Below are positions 9,990 to 20,162 of a stretch of DNA of 64,000 nt, piece after piece. The stretch is from an uncultured Desulfovibrionaceae bacterium (lineage in GTDB: Bacteria; Desulfobacterota; Desulfovibrionia; Desulfovibrionales; Desulfovibrionaceae), in the NCBI GenBank assembly GCA_964371225.1, contig CAYJNA010000001.1, positions 1,582 through 65,581 on the forward strand. The letters are read 5' to 3'. Below the pieces are notes generated by a model. That model searched no databases, was not told the DNA's origin, and saw only the letters and a list, made by a program, of their open reading frames with translations. The translations under genes were made by a program, and so were the position numbers. Position 1 is the first letter of the stretch. Each line of letters begins with the position of its first letter.

Positions 9990-10083
9990 TGGCGGAGGCG
10001 TATAGGAGTCGAACCTACCACGGACATCTCTGCCCGCCACTGGTTTTGAAGACCAGGCGCAACACCGGTTACGAAACGCCTCC
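9990..10083 (-). tRNA. selC: tRNA-Sec (anticodon UCA)
   Basis: 94-nt minus-strand sequence GGAGGCGTTTCGTAACCGGTGTTGCGCCTGGTCTTCAAAACCAGTGGCGGGCAGAGATGTCCGTGGTAGGTTCGACTCCTATACGCCTCCGCCA. It has an 8-bp acceptor stem (GGAGGCGT/ACGCCTCC) and anticodon stem CTGGT/ACCAG with loop CTTCAAA (UCA). It also has a long variable arm, GGTTCGACTCC T-loop and encoded CCA. The layout parallels E. coli selC. Confidence 0.9.
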
Positions 10084-10130
10084 AAGCGAAGAATTTTCTA
10101 CACGAAATAGGTTAGAAAAGCAAGATAAAA

Positions 10131-10697
10131 TTATGCATTATCCTGCCAGCGGGTGCAGAGTGTATGCTTTATATGTAATTGGTCTAAAAGGCGTCCGCAA
10201 AAATGCTGTAAGCAGCTTTCCATGTCTGTAGCCTTGGTATAAAAAGCAGGGCTAAACGGCATTATGGTGGCACCATGTTGGCTTAAACGTAACATGTTTT
10301 GTAAATGAATGGGGCTAAGTGGTGTTTCCCTTGGCACAATAACCAAAGGGCGACGTTCTTTAAGGCAAACATCGGCGCTGCGATGCAAAAGATTGCTACC
10401 AATGCCATGAGCCATATGCCCCAAAGAATTCATGGAGCAAGGGCAAATTATCATGCCGTCATGTTGCCATGAACCAGACGCAGGGCCAGCGGCCATATCT
10501 TGTGCATCATATACTTTGTGAGCAAAATTTGTATAAGCGGATAAAGGAAGGGCGCCTTCTGTTTGCATAACATACTGCGCCCCTTGAGATATGATAAGAT
10601 GCACTTCTACGGACTGTAGTACATGCAGGTGTTGCAACAAGGTCAAAGCTAAGGGCATACCGCTGGCACCGCTGATGCCCACTATAATACGTGGCAT
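10131..10697 (-). CDS. ubiX: Flavin prenyltransferase UbiX
   Basis: 188 aa. MPRIIVGISGASGMPLAL N-terminus, CPCSMNSL and PRETPLS motifs typical of UbiX/Pad1. Confidence 0.85.
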   Translation of the reverse strand: MPRIIVGISGASGMPLALTLLQHLHVLQSVEVHLIISQGAQYVMQTEGALPLSAYTNFAHKVYDAQDMAAGPASGSWQHDGMIICPCSMNSLGHMAHGIGSNLLHRSADVCLKERRPLVIVPRETPLSPIHLQNMLRLSQHGATIMPFSPAFYTKATDMESCLQHFCGRLLDQLHIKHTLCTRWQDNA

Positions 10698-10707
10698 GCC
10701 CCTATAC

Positions 10708-11343
10708 CTATTGTAAACGTGTATTGACAGAAGGCTCCACCTTAACGGGGGCTGTGTTTTCTACCAAGAGTGGGGGAACATCTGGCGTAATGGGCACAGT
10801 AGCTGTTCCCATGGCCAGCACGTCATTGCTAGGAGTATGCAACAAACGCATGCTGTAGCGCACTTGTTCAGGCGTTATAACATAGGTTCCCGTAAGTACT
10901 GCTATGCTAGTGGCGGTTTTTCTAGCCAATTCTTCTCTGTCACGAGTGAGTAGCATTTCACCGGTTTTTTCTTGAAAGCGTAATTCCTTACCCTTACGAA
11001 TTTCTTTTACTCTGTAGCCAGCAGTCACAAACCAGCGTGACATTTCCTCAGAAATTTGGCGAGCCAAGGCATTGGAAAGCTGTAAATTATTTAAGTTTAC
11101 GGGCACAGTGGTCATAATGGTTATGGTGCTACGTAACTGTCTTTGACGAGCCTCTAAAAGCTCTTTGGGGGTGGTGGCAAGGGTAACATTGCCACGCTGC
11201 ATGATTTGTGCGTCCATTTGCTCTGCCATATCATTGGCAGCGCGAGGGCCATAGCCTGAACCTACAACGCCATTCATGGCTGATACACAACCTTGGCCTA
11301 ATAATGCAAAAGAAAGTAAAAAAAGAAAAATATATTTATGCAT
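10708..11343 (-). CDS. Lipoprotein, FlgO-like (putative)
   Basis: 211 aa. Lipobox LLGQGC. The core resembles the FlgO pattern as I remember it (ARQISEEM...GYRVKEIR...LLTRD...AVLTGTYVITPEQV...RLL). Confidence 0.45.
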   Translation of the reverse strand: MHKYIFLFLLSFALLGQGCVSAMNGVVGSGYGPRAANDMAEQMDAQIMQRGNVTLATTPKELLEARQRQLRSTITIMTTVPVNLNNLQLSNALARQISEEMSRWFVTAGYRVKEIRKGKELRFQEKTGEMLLTRDREELARKTATSIAVLTGTYVITPEQVRYSMRLLHTPSNDVLAMGTATVPITPDVPPLLVENTAPVKVEPSVNTRLQ

Positions 11344-11348
11344 AATGA

Positions 11349-11654
11349 TTACCGTAATGTTCTGATTTGAAGTTCTAGGGTTTGTAAATCGCGCTGAATG
11401 GTATCACGAAGGGTAGTGGTATTGCACGTGGCTAAGGCCAAAAGATAGTGCTGACGCGCCAATTCATAGCGCCCTTCAGTGCGGTATTTTTTGGCAAAGC
11501 TTAAATTTCGCGCTGTATCAGCAGGAATAGGTTTTTCATCTGAGGCAAAAGCTTCAGTGGCAGTTATAAAAACGGGTGTACAAGCCATACAAAAAACAAG
11601 CAATACAGCTATTGTAAGGCGGTTAAAAACAGAAGTATTCAATGGGGTAGGCAT
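11349..11654 (-). CDS. Small exported or membrane-anchored protein with one TPR-like helix pair
   Basis: 101 aa. N-terminal hydrophobic segment. Sandwiched 5 and 27 nt from the flanking lipoprotein genes. No family recognised. Confidence 0.4.
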   Translation of the reverse strand: MPTPLNTSVFNRLTIAVLLVFCMACTPVFITATEAFASDEKPIPADTARNLSFAKKYRTEGRYELARQHYLLALATCNTTTLRDTIQRDLQTLELQIRTLR

Positions 11655-11681
11655 ACGTCCTCCGATGATGCGTAAAGTAGC

Positions 11682-12374
11682 TTAATAAAGCCCCGGTTGT
11701 CTTGGAGGGGCGGGTTGTTCAGGTACTTGGCGAATGTTTAACGTACCGCTTTTTAACCCAAGGGTAGGCGCTGGCAAAGGCTTAGGGGCTGTGGAGTGCG
11801 CCGCTGTGGCAGGAACATAGGGTTGCATAAGCGTTTTAGTAAGGCGATCAATAACGGGCGTTTTCACAAGAACAAGCTGTCCGGTGCGTAAGACCATACC
11901 ATCGTATGCACGTACAAGGCGTGCGTTGACGAACACAGCTTCCTTATCAACATAATATGTACCCACAATGAGCGCCGCCCATTTTTCATGTGTGGAAACA
12001 ATGCCTTGACGCAAGAGAGCAAAGTCTCCTTGGCCTAATTTCATGGCAATATTTCCTGTAAGCCTATATTCTCTCACAGGAAAGGCGCGCTGGTTAAATT
12101 CATAAATGAGTGATTCACCCATAAGATTACCAAAAGCACTGGTCTGAGCTTTATTATTCATATCCACAAAAGACGTGGGCATGGCAACAAGACCTGTAAG
12201 CGTGCTATTATCCATGGTTGCCAGCATTTGGTCTGCAAGTTCACGCACCTTGAGTTTAAGCTCTTGTGCGTCAACATATTGCGGATCTTGCGCTGTGCGT
12301 GTTCTTGAACAAGCCGTCATAAAAAGAGAAGAAAGTATGAGGGCGCAAAGTAAAAGGCGTACGATATTAGGCAT
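11682..12374 (-). CDS. Lipoprotein, FlgO-like (putative)
   Basis: 230 aa. Lipobox FMTACS. LADQML...AMPTSFVDMNN...FGNLMGESLIYEFNQRAFPVREYR...ALIVGTYYVDKEAVFVNARLV resembles FlgO-family outer-membrane lipoproteins. Paralogous pattern to 10708..11343. Confidence 0.5.
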   Translation of the reverse strand: MPNIVRLLLCALILSSLFMTACSRTRTAQDPQYVDAQELKLKVRELADQMLATMDNSTLTGLVAMPTSFVDMNNKAQTSAFGNLMGESLIYEFNQRAFPVREYRLTGNIAMKLGQGDFALLRQGIVSTHEKWAALIVGTYYVDKEAVFVNARLVRAYDGMVLRTGQLVLVKTPVIDRLTKTLMQPYVPATAAHSTAPKPLPAPTLGLKSGTLNIRQVPEQPAPPRQPGLY

Positions 12375-12522
12375 ATAAAATCCTTGTTGATAAAATGAAA
12401 AAAGTATCTTGTCATCTATTATCGTAAAAAAATATAAAAACTTAAGTGCTACGTTAGGTTTTTACTACTGAACACAGAGGATTGTAACACCTTTTGTTAA
12501 GAAAAAAAAGGACAAAATGTAG

Positions 12523-12603
12523 CCTAAGGGGGATGAGAGAGCTTGGCTATTATGGTAAAATGCGCTACCATACGCCGCCATGAAAGGATGTTAGCCCCTT
12601 AGG
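12523..12603 (+). promoter_or_regulatory. Structured 5' leader of ispG (nested inverted repeats overlapping the SD)
   Basis: Perfect 9-bp CCTAAGGGG (12523..12531) pairs with CCCCTTAGG (12595..12603). It encloses an inner ATGGTA/TACCAT hairpin. The 3' arm overlaps the AGGAAA SD, 12 nt before ATG 12615. Confidence 0.3.
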
Positions 12604-12614
12604 AAATAAGTTCT

Positions 12615-13709
12615 ATGACACAAAGCCCTGAAATACGAAGAAAGCCCACACGCTCTTTGCACCTTGGTACACAGCCCATAGGTGGTAATGCCCCCATACT
12701 TGTGCAAAGTATGTTAAATACGGACACTCGCAATGCTACGCAAAGCCTTGAGCAAATTGAAGCTCTTGTGGCTGTTGGCTGTGAAGCCGTGCGCTTGGCT
12801 GTGCCCGATATGGAAGCGGCTAATGCCCTGAAAATTATTGGACAAAAAGCACAAGTTCCCCTTATTGCCGATATTCATTTTGATTATCGCTTAGCTGTGG
12901 CTTCTTTGGAAGCTGGAGTGCAAGGTTTACGGATTAATCCCGGTAATATTGGTTCAGAGCAAAATGTAGATTGTGTGGTAGCAGCAGCAAAAGCCCATAA
13001 TGCTCTTATTCGCATAGGGGTTAATGGCGGTTCTCTTGAGAAAGAATTACGACAAAAATACGGTGGCCCCACGCCGGAAGCCATGGTGGAAAGTGCTCTT
13101 TCACATGTACGAATTTTAGAAAAAAAAGGCTTTTACGATATGAAAATTTCGTTAAAGTCTTCTTCTGTGCTTGAAACCATAGCGGCCTATAAACTGTTAG
13201 CCACGCGCTGCGATTACCCTTTGCATGTGGGTATAACCGAAGCAGGGGGTTTATTGCGCGGTGCTGTAAAGTCTGCCGTGGGTCTTGGCATTTTATTTTG
13301 GGAAGGCATAGGCGATACTTTACGTGTATCTCTTACGGCAGATCCCGTGCAAGAAGTCATTGCCGCATATGAAATTTTACGTTCCTTGGGTTTGCGTCAA
13401 CGTGGGCCGGAAATCATCTCTTGCCCCACTTGCGGGCGTACAGAAATTGATCTCATGTCCTTGGCAGCAGCGGTGGAAGAGCGTTTAAAAACAGAAACAC
13501 TTCCTCTCAAAGTTGCGGTCATGGGTTGCGTTGTCAATGGCCCCGGAGAAGCTCGTCATGCTGATATTGGTTTGGCTGGCGGTCGTGACAAAGGAAGTAT
13601 TTTTTGCAAAGGCGAAGTGATACGCACTGTAAAAGGGCAAGAGGAATTACTTGCAGCTTTTATGGAAGAATTAGATAAACTTATTACATTAAAAAAAGAG
13701 CAGGAATAA
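12615..13709 (+). CDS. ispG: 4-hydroxy-3-methylbut-2-enyl diphosphate synthase
   Basis: 364 aa. GcpE hallmarks ([34 protein letters not shown]). Confidence 0.95.
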   Translation: MTQSPEIRRKPTRSLHLGTQPIGGNAPILVQSMLNTDTRNATQSLEQIEALVAVGCEAVRLAVPDMEAANALKIIGQKAQVPLIADIHFDYRLAVASLEAGVQGLRINPGNIGSEQNVDCVVAAAKAHNALIRIGVNGGSLEKELRQKYGGPTPEAMVESALSHVRILEKKGFYDMKISLKSSSVLETIAAYKLLATRCDYPLHVGITEAGGLLRGAVKSAVGLGILFWEGIGDTLRVSLTADPVQEVIAAYEILRSLGLRQRGPEIISCPTCGRTEIDLMSLAAAVEERLKTETLPLKVAVMGCVVNGPGEARHADIGLAGGRDKGSIFCKGEVIRTVKGQEELLAAFMEELDKLITLKKEQE

Positions 13710-13711
13710 TC

Positions 13712-15439
13712 ATGCGTTGGAGCACAAGCTACATTCCCACACTGAAAGAAGCTCCGGCTGATGCCGAAGTTATTAGCCATCAACTCCTTATACGTGCCGG
13801 CATGGTGCGTAAGGTCACATCTGGCATATACATATATCTTCCTTTAGGTTTAAAAGTTCTTGAAAAAGCAAAAAATATTATACGCACAGAAATGAATAAA
13901 GCCGGTGCGCAGGAGCTTTTATTGCCTGCAGCCCAACCGGCGGATTTATGGCAAGAAACAGGTCGTTGGGAGTTTTACGGCAAAGAGCTTTTACGCTTTA
14001 AAGACCGTCATGACCGCGATTACTGTCTTGGGCCTACTCATGAAGAAATTATCACTGACCTTGTGCGTGGTGAAGTGCGCTCCTATCGCCAACTACCTAT
14101 GAATTTGTATCAAATTCAAACAAAATTCCGCGATGAAATTCGCCCTCGCTTTGGTCTTTTGCGCGGCCGCGAATTTATGATGAAGGATGCCTATTCCTTT
14201 GACGCCACCGACGAAGGCGCGGATATCTCCTATAAAAAAATGTTTGAAGCCTATACCAAAACTTTTTCGCATATGGCTTTAAAGTTCCGTGCTGTGGAAG
14301 CAGACTCTGGCTCCATTGGCGGAAATTTTTCCCATGAATTTATGGTATTGGCTGATACCGGTGAAGATACCATTGCTGCGTGTACAGCATGTTCTTTTGC
14401 TGCAAATATTGAGCGCGCCGCCGTGCTCTGGCAGGGCGAAGTGTGTACAGATTCTTGCCCAGAGCATGTAGAAGTAAGCACACCGCAAGCCCACACTGTG
14501 GAAGAAGTGTGTGCCTTTATGCATATAGAACCCAGCACGCTTATTAAAACATTACTTTTTGACGTGGACGGACAAGGCGTAGCCGTACTTGTGCGCGGAG
14601 ATCACAGCGTTAATGATGTAAAGTTAAAGAACTTCCTTAATGCTACTGTGGTGGAAATGGCCAGCCCTGAACAAGTGGAAGCATGGACAAAGGCCAAAGT
14701 GGGCTATGCAGGGCCCGTAGGTCTTGATGCAAATATTAAAATTTACGCTGACGCAGTTTTACAAGCCTCCACTGATTGGGTTTGCGGTGCCAACAAAAGC
14801 GATACGCATTTAAAGCATGTGAGCTTAAGCCGCGATTGTAAGGTGGAAGCCTATGCAGATTTTCGTGAAATTTTAGCCACAGATCCTTGTCCTCAATGCG
14901 GCGGCGCTTTAGACTTGCCCAAGGGTATTGAAGTGGGGCATATCTTTAAACTGGGCACCAAGTACAGCGAAGCCATGAAGGCCACCTTCCTTGATAGTAA
15001 TGGCAAAGAACAAGTTATGATTATGGGCTGTTACGGCATTGGTGTTTCACGCGTTGTGGCTGCTTGCATTGAGCAAAACCATGATGAAAACGGCATTGTA
15101 TTCCCGCCGCCATTGGCACCTTTTGATGTGCATATGCTTAATTTAGACAGCAAAAGTGATGATGTTTGTGCGGCTATTTGCACAGTTAAAGAAACACTTG
15201 AAGGTATGGGACTTGAAGTACTTTTAGATGACAGAGAAGAGCGCCCCGGTGTTAAGTTTAAGGATGCTGATTTATTAGGTATGCCTTTACAAATATGCCT
15301 TGGTGGTAAAAGCCTTGCCCGTGGAGTTCTTGAAGCCAAAGATCGCCGTACCGGTGAAAAAGTGGAATTATCTCTTGAGAATTTCGCCACAGACTTTAGC
15401 GCATGGCAAAGCAAAGTTTTGGCAGGGTGGGGGCTCTAG
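13712..15439 (+). CDS. proS: Prolyl-tRNA synthetase (bacterial type with editing insertion)
   Basis: 575 aa. Class II motifs ([26 protein letters not shown]) plus INS domain. Confidence 0.95.
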   Translation: MRWSTSYIPTLKEAPADAEVISHQLLIRAGMVRKVTSGIYIYLPLGLKVLEKAKNIIRTEMNKAGAQELLLPAAQPADLWQETGRWEFYGKELLRFKDRHDRDYCLGPTHEEIITDLVRGEVRSYRQLPMNLYQIQTKFRDEIRPRFGLLRGREFMMKDAYSFDATDEGADISYKKMFEAYTKTFSHMALKFRAVEADSGSIGGNFSHEFMVLADTGEDTIAACTACSFAANIERAAVLWQGEVCTDSCPEHVEVSTPQAHTVEEVCAFMHIEPSTLIKTLLFDVDGQGVAVLVRGDHSVNDVKLKNFLNATVVEMASPEQVEAWTKAKVGYAGPVGLDANIKIYADAVLQASTDWVCGANKSDTHLKHVSLSRDCKVEAYADFREILATDPCPQCGGALDLPKGIEVGHIFKLGTKYSEAMKATFLDSNGKEQVMIMGCYGIGVSRVVAACIEQNHDENGIVFPPPLAPFDVHMLNLDSKSDDVCAAICTVKETLEGMGLEVLLDDREERPGVKFKDADLLGMPLQICLGGKSLARGVLEAKDRRTGEKVELSLENFATDFSAWQSKVLAGWGL

Positions 15440-15442
15440 GTC

Positions 15443-16903
15443 TTGAGCACAATTTTCACTGTTCGTGAAATTACCGCTACTATTAAAGGTAATTTGGAAA
15501 AAAACTTTCCTTTTGTTTGGGTTAAGGGTGAGGTTAGTAATCTTGCCCGCCCAAGCTCTGGGCATGTGTATTTTTCTCTTAAGGATAGTGACGCCTTACT
15601 TAATTGTGTTTGGTTTAAAAATGCCCAGCGCTCAGAAGAAAAATTTGACCCTCTCACAGGTGAAGTATTTGAAGATGGGCCACGCCCTTCTTTGGCACAT
15701 AGCCTTAAAAATGGACAAGAAATTCTTTGTGCTGGGCATATTTCAGTCTATGCGCCACGCGGTTCGTATCAATTAACGGTGAGCCTTGTGCAAGAGGGCG
15801 GAAAAGGGGCTTTATACGCTGCTTTTGAAGCGCTGAAGAGCAAACTTCATGCACAGGGCTATTTTGCCGCTGAGCGAAAAAAAGCTTTACCGTATAATCC
15901 GCAACGTGTGGCAGTGATCACCTCTCCTAAGGGTGCGGCCATATATGACTTTTTACGTATTACGCAAAGTGCCGGTACAGGCAGTGAAATACGTATTTTT
16001 CCCGTGCCCGTACAAGGAGAAACCGCAGCCCCCGCCATTGCGCAAGCCATAGCGCAAGCCGTGGAGCAAGATTGGGCTGAGGTCATCGTGCTTATTCGCG
16101 GTGGCGGCTCCTTAGAAGATTTATGGGCGTATAATGAAGAAGCGGTGGCAGAAGCGCTTTTTCAATGTTCTTTACCTGTATTGGCAGGTATTGGGCATGA
16201 GGTGGATGTATCCATAGCAGATATGGTGGCTGATGTGCGTGCGGCAACACCTACCCACGCGGCGCAATTGCTGTGGCCTAGTCGTGAAGATCTTATGCAA
16301 ATGGTGGACAACCTTGAATGGACTTTACAAGAAGCTGGGCATACCTTTTTGCAACGCTTTGCGCTAAGATTGCAACATCAAGAGCAAGCGTTAAAATGGC
16401 TTTCTCCTTTACAAGCCTGGCAACGCAAAGAAGAACTTTTACGACAAAATAAAGCGCGACTTATGCAATGCATGGAGCAGCAGCTTTTTTTGAAAGAGCG
16501 AGAACTTACGCGTGAATGGCAAGCATTGCCACAAATAACGCGACACATTGAGCAAAGACAAAGCGTATTGCATGCCTTGGAAATGCGTCTGGAACATGCC
16601 ATGCAAGGCCTATTGCATAAAAAAGAAAGAGATTTCACATGGCTTGAGCATAAGGTGCCCGGCATTATGCAGGCTCAAGAAGAAAAATATCAACTGGAAT
16701 TGCAAAGCTTGCATGTGCAGTTGGAAGCCATGAATCCCATGGCGCCTTTACGTCGTGGTTATGCGCTTATGCAAACTAAGGACGGTTCTGTGGTTCGCTC
16801 CATACATGATGTAACTGCAGGGCAAGAGATACATATGCAGGTGGCCGATGGACATATTGGCGCCCTTGTACAACATACACAGGCTTCCTCTGTTAAAAGC
16901 TAA
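15443..16903 (+). CDS. xseA: Exodeoxyribonuclease VII large subunit
   Basis: 486 aa, TTG start. N-terminal OB fold (VWVKGEVSN...SGHVYFSLKD), GRGGGS-like IRGGGSLEDLW motif and a C-terminal coiled coil. Confidence 0.9.
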   Translation: MSTIFTVREITATIKGNLEKNFPFVWVKGEVSNLARPSSGHVYFSLKDSDALLNCVWFKNAQRSEEKFDPLTGEVFEDGPRPSLAHSLKNGQEILCAGHISVYAPRGSYQLTVSLVQEGGKGALYAAFEALKSKLHAQGYFAAERKKALPYNPQRVAVITSPKGAAIYDFLRITQSAGTGSEIRIFPVPVQGETAAPAIAQAIAQAVEQDWAEVIVLIRGGGSLEDLWAYNEEAVAEALFQCSLPVLAGIGHEVDVSIADMVADVRAATPTHAAQLLWPSREDLMQMVDNLEWTLQEAGHTFLQRFALRLQHQEQALKWLSPLQAWQRKEELLRQNKARLMQCMEQQLFLKERELTREWQALPQITRHIEQRQSVLHALEMRLEHAMQGLLHKKERDFTWLEHKVPGIMQAQEEKYQLELQSLHVQLEAMNPMAPLRRGYALMQTKDGSVVRSIHDVTAGQEIHMQVADGHIGALVQHTQASSVKS

Positions 16904-16926
16904 GGAATTTTTAAGGTTATATATTT

Positions 16927-17166
16927 ATGAAAACAAAAGCCCTTCCCAAAACTTTTGAAGCCCGTATGGAACGCTTGCAAAATATTGTAAGTGCCATGGA
17001 AAAAGGGGAAGCCCCCTTAGAAGAAAGCGTGGCTCTTTATAAAGAAGGAATGGAACTTGGCGCCGCGTGCCGTAAACAATTGGAAAAAGCTCGCCATGAT
17101 ATACGTTTGTACGGAGAAAAGGGCGAAGAAGATTTTGATGTAGAAAGTGCAGGAGAAGAAGCATGA
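16927..17166 (+). CDS. xseB: Exodeoxyribonuclease VII small subunit
   Basis: 79 aa. FEARMERLQNIVSAMEKGEAPLEESVALYKEG is classic XseB. 4-nt overlap with ispA as in the conserved xseB-ispA-dxs operon. Confidence 0.85.
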   Translation: MKTKALPKTFEARMERLQNIVSAMEKGEAPLEESVALYKEGMELGAACRKQLEKARHDIRLYGEKGEEDFDVESAGEEA

Positions 17167-18137
17167 GTCAAGAGCATATTTTAGAACCTCAAGCCGTAAA
17201 AGCTATTTTAAAAAGCAAAGGTGCTTTGGTGGAACAGTGGCTTGGCCAATGTTTAAAAGCTTCTGCCATGAATAATTGTCAAGGGCATGCCACGCCGCCT
17301 TTTTTGCCTTCATCTTTACGTGAGGCCATGGAATATAGCCTTTTAGCTGGCGGCAAGAGATTACGCCCAGTGCTGTGTTTAACCACAGCGAAATTGTGTG
17401 GTCTTGAAGAAGAAAAAGTACTTCCTTTTGCTGCTGCCATTGAATTTATTCATACATATTCACTTATTCATGACGATTTACCCGCCATGGATGATGATGA
17501 TTTACGCCGCGGAAAGCCTTCGAGTCATAAGCAATTTGGTGAGGCCATGGCCATTTTAGCCGGAGACGCTTTACTAACAGATGCCTTTGTGTTCATGACG
17601 TCTGTGTCTTCATGCTGTTCCACCGGTGCTATTCCTGCAGAGCAAGCCTTACGTGCTGTGGCCTACATAGGCCGAGCCGCCGGATCGCATGGCATGGTGG
17701 GCGGGCAAGTGCTTGATATGAAATATACAGGCGAAAAAGATATTACCCTAGAAAAACTACGTACCATGCATGCCATGAAAACAGGCGCCCTCATTCAAGC
17801 CTCATGCGTATGCGGCGCATTATTGGCCGGTGCTTCGTTGGAAGTGGTCAAAGCTCTTGAAGTTTATGGCGCCGCTTTAGGCACAGCTTTTCAAATTGCC
17901 GATGATATTTTAGATGTCACTGCCGACACTGCCACCCTTGGTAAGCCCGCCGGTTCGGACACAGAACAAGGGAAAAATACCTATCCTTCCTTGGTGGGAT
18001 TGGAACAAAGCCGTCATTTGGCAGAAGAACAAAAGAAAATGGCCTTAGATTCTTTGGCTCACCTTCCTCTTTTTGCTGGGGAAGAAAGCGCCTTTTTACG
18101 CGGCCTTGCCTCTTATGTTGTGGCACGTACGTCATAA
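17163..18137 (+). CDS. ispA: (2E,6E)-farnesyl diphosphate synthase / polyprenyl synthetase
   Basis: 324 aa. First DDxxD motif (LIHDDLPAMDDDDLRRG) and second (FQIADDILD). Confidence 0.85.
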   Translation: MSQEHILEPQAVKAILKSKGALVEQWLGQCLKASAMNNCQGHATPPFLPSSLREAMEYSLLAGGKRLRPVLCLTTAKLCGLEEEKVLPFAAAIEFIHTYSLIHDDLPAMDDDDLRRGKPSSHKQFGEAMAILAGDALLTDAFVFMTSVSSCCSTGAIPAEQALRAVAYIGRAAGSHGMVGGQVLDMKYTGEKDITLEKLRTMHAMKTGALIQASCVCGALLAGASLEVVKALEVYGAALGTAFQIADDILDVTADTATLGKPAGSDTEQGKNTYPSLVGLEQSRHLAEEQKKMALDSLAHLPLFAGEESAFLRGLASYVVARTS

Positions 18138-18188
18138 ACATAAGAAATAAAAATTACTTCATTACAATTTATATCCATTGGAAAATAT

Positions 18189-20108
18189 ATGCAGGAAACA
18201 ACAAGTTCTGAACTGGCAAAAAATTCGCTTTTACAAAGCATTACCAAGCCCACAGACTTGCAAAATTTAGATATGCAAGCCTTGACACAGCTTAGTGAAG
18301 AAGTGCGTCAGCGTATCATTGAAGTCGTTGCTAAAAATGGCGGCCATTTGGCTCCTTCACTGGGAGTGGTAGAACTGACCCTTGCCCTTCTGCATACTTT
18401 TGACGCGGAAAAGGATAAATTTGTTTGGGATGTGGGGCACCAAAGTTATGCATGGAAATTGCTAACCGGTCGCGCTGATACCTTTCATACCTTGCGCACC
18501 ATGGGCGGCCTTTCCGGATTTCCCAAAGTGGGGGAAAGCCCCTATGATCATTTTGGTGTAGGTCATGCTTCCACATCCATTTCTGCCGGTCTTGGTATGG
18601 CCATGGCGCGCGATCTTAACGATGAAAAACACCGCATTATTACCGTTATAGGGGATGGATCCCTTACAGGTGGGCAAGCCCTTGAGGGATTAAACTTGGC
18701 AGGGCATATGGGGAAACGTTTTATTGTTATTTTAAATGACAATGAAATGTCCATTTCTCCCAATGTGGGGGCTTTATCTCGCTTTTTAAGTCGCAATTTG
18801 TCTCGCCGTTGGGTGCGTCAAATGCGTAAAGATGTATTGGCCTTCTTACGCTCGGTACCGCGCATAGGCAATGATCTTGCCACCTATGCTGTACGGGGTG
18901 AATGGTCATTTAAATCTTTTTTCACTCCGGGAATGCTTTTTGAGGCACTGCGCTTTAACTATATTGGCCCCGTGGATGGGCATGATATAGCCACATTAAA
19001 ACGCCACTTAGAAATGGCTTCTGCCATAGAAGACGGGCCTGTGCTTTTACACGTACTTACGCATAAAGGCAAAGGCTACGCCCCCGCTGAAGCTGATCCA
19101 ACGCAATTTCACGGCGTGGGCGGCTTTGATATAACGACTGGTGCCTTACCCCCAAAAAGCGATAAACTCACCTTTACCGATGCCTTTAGTAGCTGTCTTA
19201 ATAACTTGGCAGAAGAAAATAAAGACATTGTTGCCATCACAGCCGCCATGCCTGAAGGCACGGGTACGGCAGCATTTGCCCAAAAATATCCAGAACGCTT
19301 TGTGGATGTGGGCATTTGTGAACAGCATGCCATCACCTTTGCTGCCGGTCTTGCCATTCAAGGTAAACGCCCCGTGGTGGCCATGTATTCTACTTTTTTA
19401 CAAAGAGCTTATGATCAAGTGGTACATGATGTTTGTTTGCAAAACCTCCCCGTGACCTTTTGTATAGACAGAGCAGGCGTGGTGGGTGAAGACGGCCCCA
19501 CGCATCATGGGGTTTTTGATATAGCCTTTTTACGACATATCCCCCAAATGCGTATACTTGCCCCCCGTGATGAAGTGCTCTTGTGTCACGCGCTTTATAC
19601 AGCCACGCACAGTGAAGGTCCCATGGCCTTGCGGTATCCGCGTGGTGCTGGTTTTGATTTACCCCTGCCCAGCAAGAAAGAGTATATACTTTTACCCGAA
19701 GGGCAAGGAGAGCTTTTACAAGAGGGAAGTGATGCCCTTATTATTGCTGCAGGCCCTTGTGTTCATATGGCTAAAGAAGCCGCGCAGCGCGTAGCTACAT
19801 CTTGTCAGAAACATGTGGCAGTTTTTGACCCCATATGGCTTAAGCCCTTACCTCAAGAGCAATTAACAAAGCTTGTGGCTGAGCATACGCATATATTCCT
19901 TGTGGAAGAAGGTATGTTAGCTGGAGGGTTTTCTTCGGCTGTAGTGGAGCTTTTAGCTGACACCCATGCTCTTAATGGAAAAAACATACATCGCATAGGT
20001 ATTAAAGATGTATTTGTGGAACATGGAAAGCAACAAGAATTACGTAAGCAGTTAGGTTTAACCGCAGAGCATATTGCACAAAAGGTAGAAGCTGTTTTTA
20101 GTGAATAA
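18189..20108 (+). CDS. dxs: 1-deoxy-D-xylulose-5-phosphate synthase
   Basis: 639 aa. GGHLAPSLG, VIGDGSLTGG (TPP binding), transketolase-like middle and C-terminal domains. Confidence 0.95.
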   Translation: MQETTSSELAKNSLLQSITKPTDLQNLDMQALTQLSEEVRQRIIEVVAKNGGHLAPSLGVVELTLALLHTFDAEKDKFVWDVGHQSYAWKLLTGRADTFHTLRTMGGLSGFPKVGESPYDHFGVGHASTSISAGLGMAMARDLNDEKHRIITVIGDGSLTGGQALEGLNLAGHMGKRFIVILNDNEMSISPNVGALSRFLSRNLSRRWVRQMRKDVLAFLRSVPRIGNDLATYAVRGEWSFKSFFTPGMLFEALRFNYIGPVDGHDIATLKRHLEMASAIEDGPVLLHVLTHKGKGYAPAEADPTQFHGVGGFDITTGALPPKSDKLTFTDAFSSCLNNLAEENKDIVAITAAMPEGTGTAAFAQKYPERFVDVGICEQHAITFAAGLAIQGKRPVVAMYSTFLQRAYDQVVHDVCLQNLPVTFCIDRAGVVGEDGPTHHGVFDIAFLRHIPQMRILAPRDEVLLCHALYTATHSEGPMALRYPRGAGFDLPLPSKKEYILLPEGQGELLQEGSDALIIAAGPCVHMAKEAAQRVATSCQKHVAVFDPIWLKPLPQEQLTKLVAEHTHIFLVEEGMLAGGFSSAVVELLADTHALNGKNIHRIGIKDVFVEHGKQQELRKQLGLTAEHIAQKVEAVFSE

Positions 20109-20162
20109 TTACCATTTGGCATGAGAAAAAGGGGAGAGTAGCTTGGTAAAACAAAGTAATGC

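Noticed and set aside
9989-10231. 80-aa plus-strand ORF
   Set aside because: It overlaps tRNA-Sec and the 3' end of ubiX on the opposite strand, so it is spurious.
16925-17164. 79-aa minus-strand ORF mirroring xseB
   Set aside because: It is exactly antisense to a well-supported xseB with classic family motifs.
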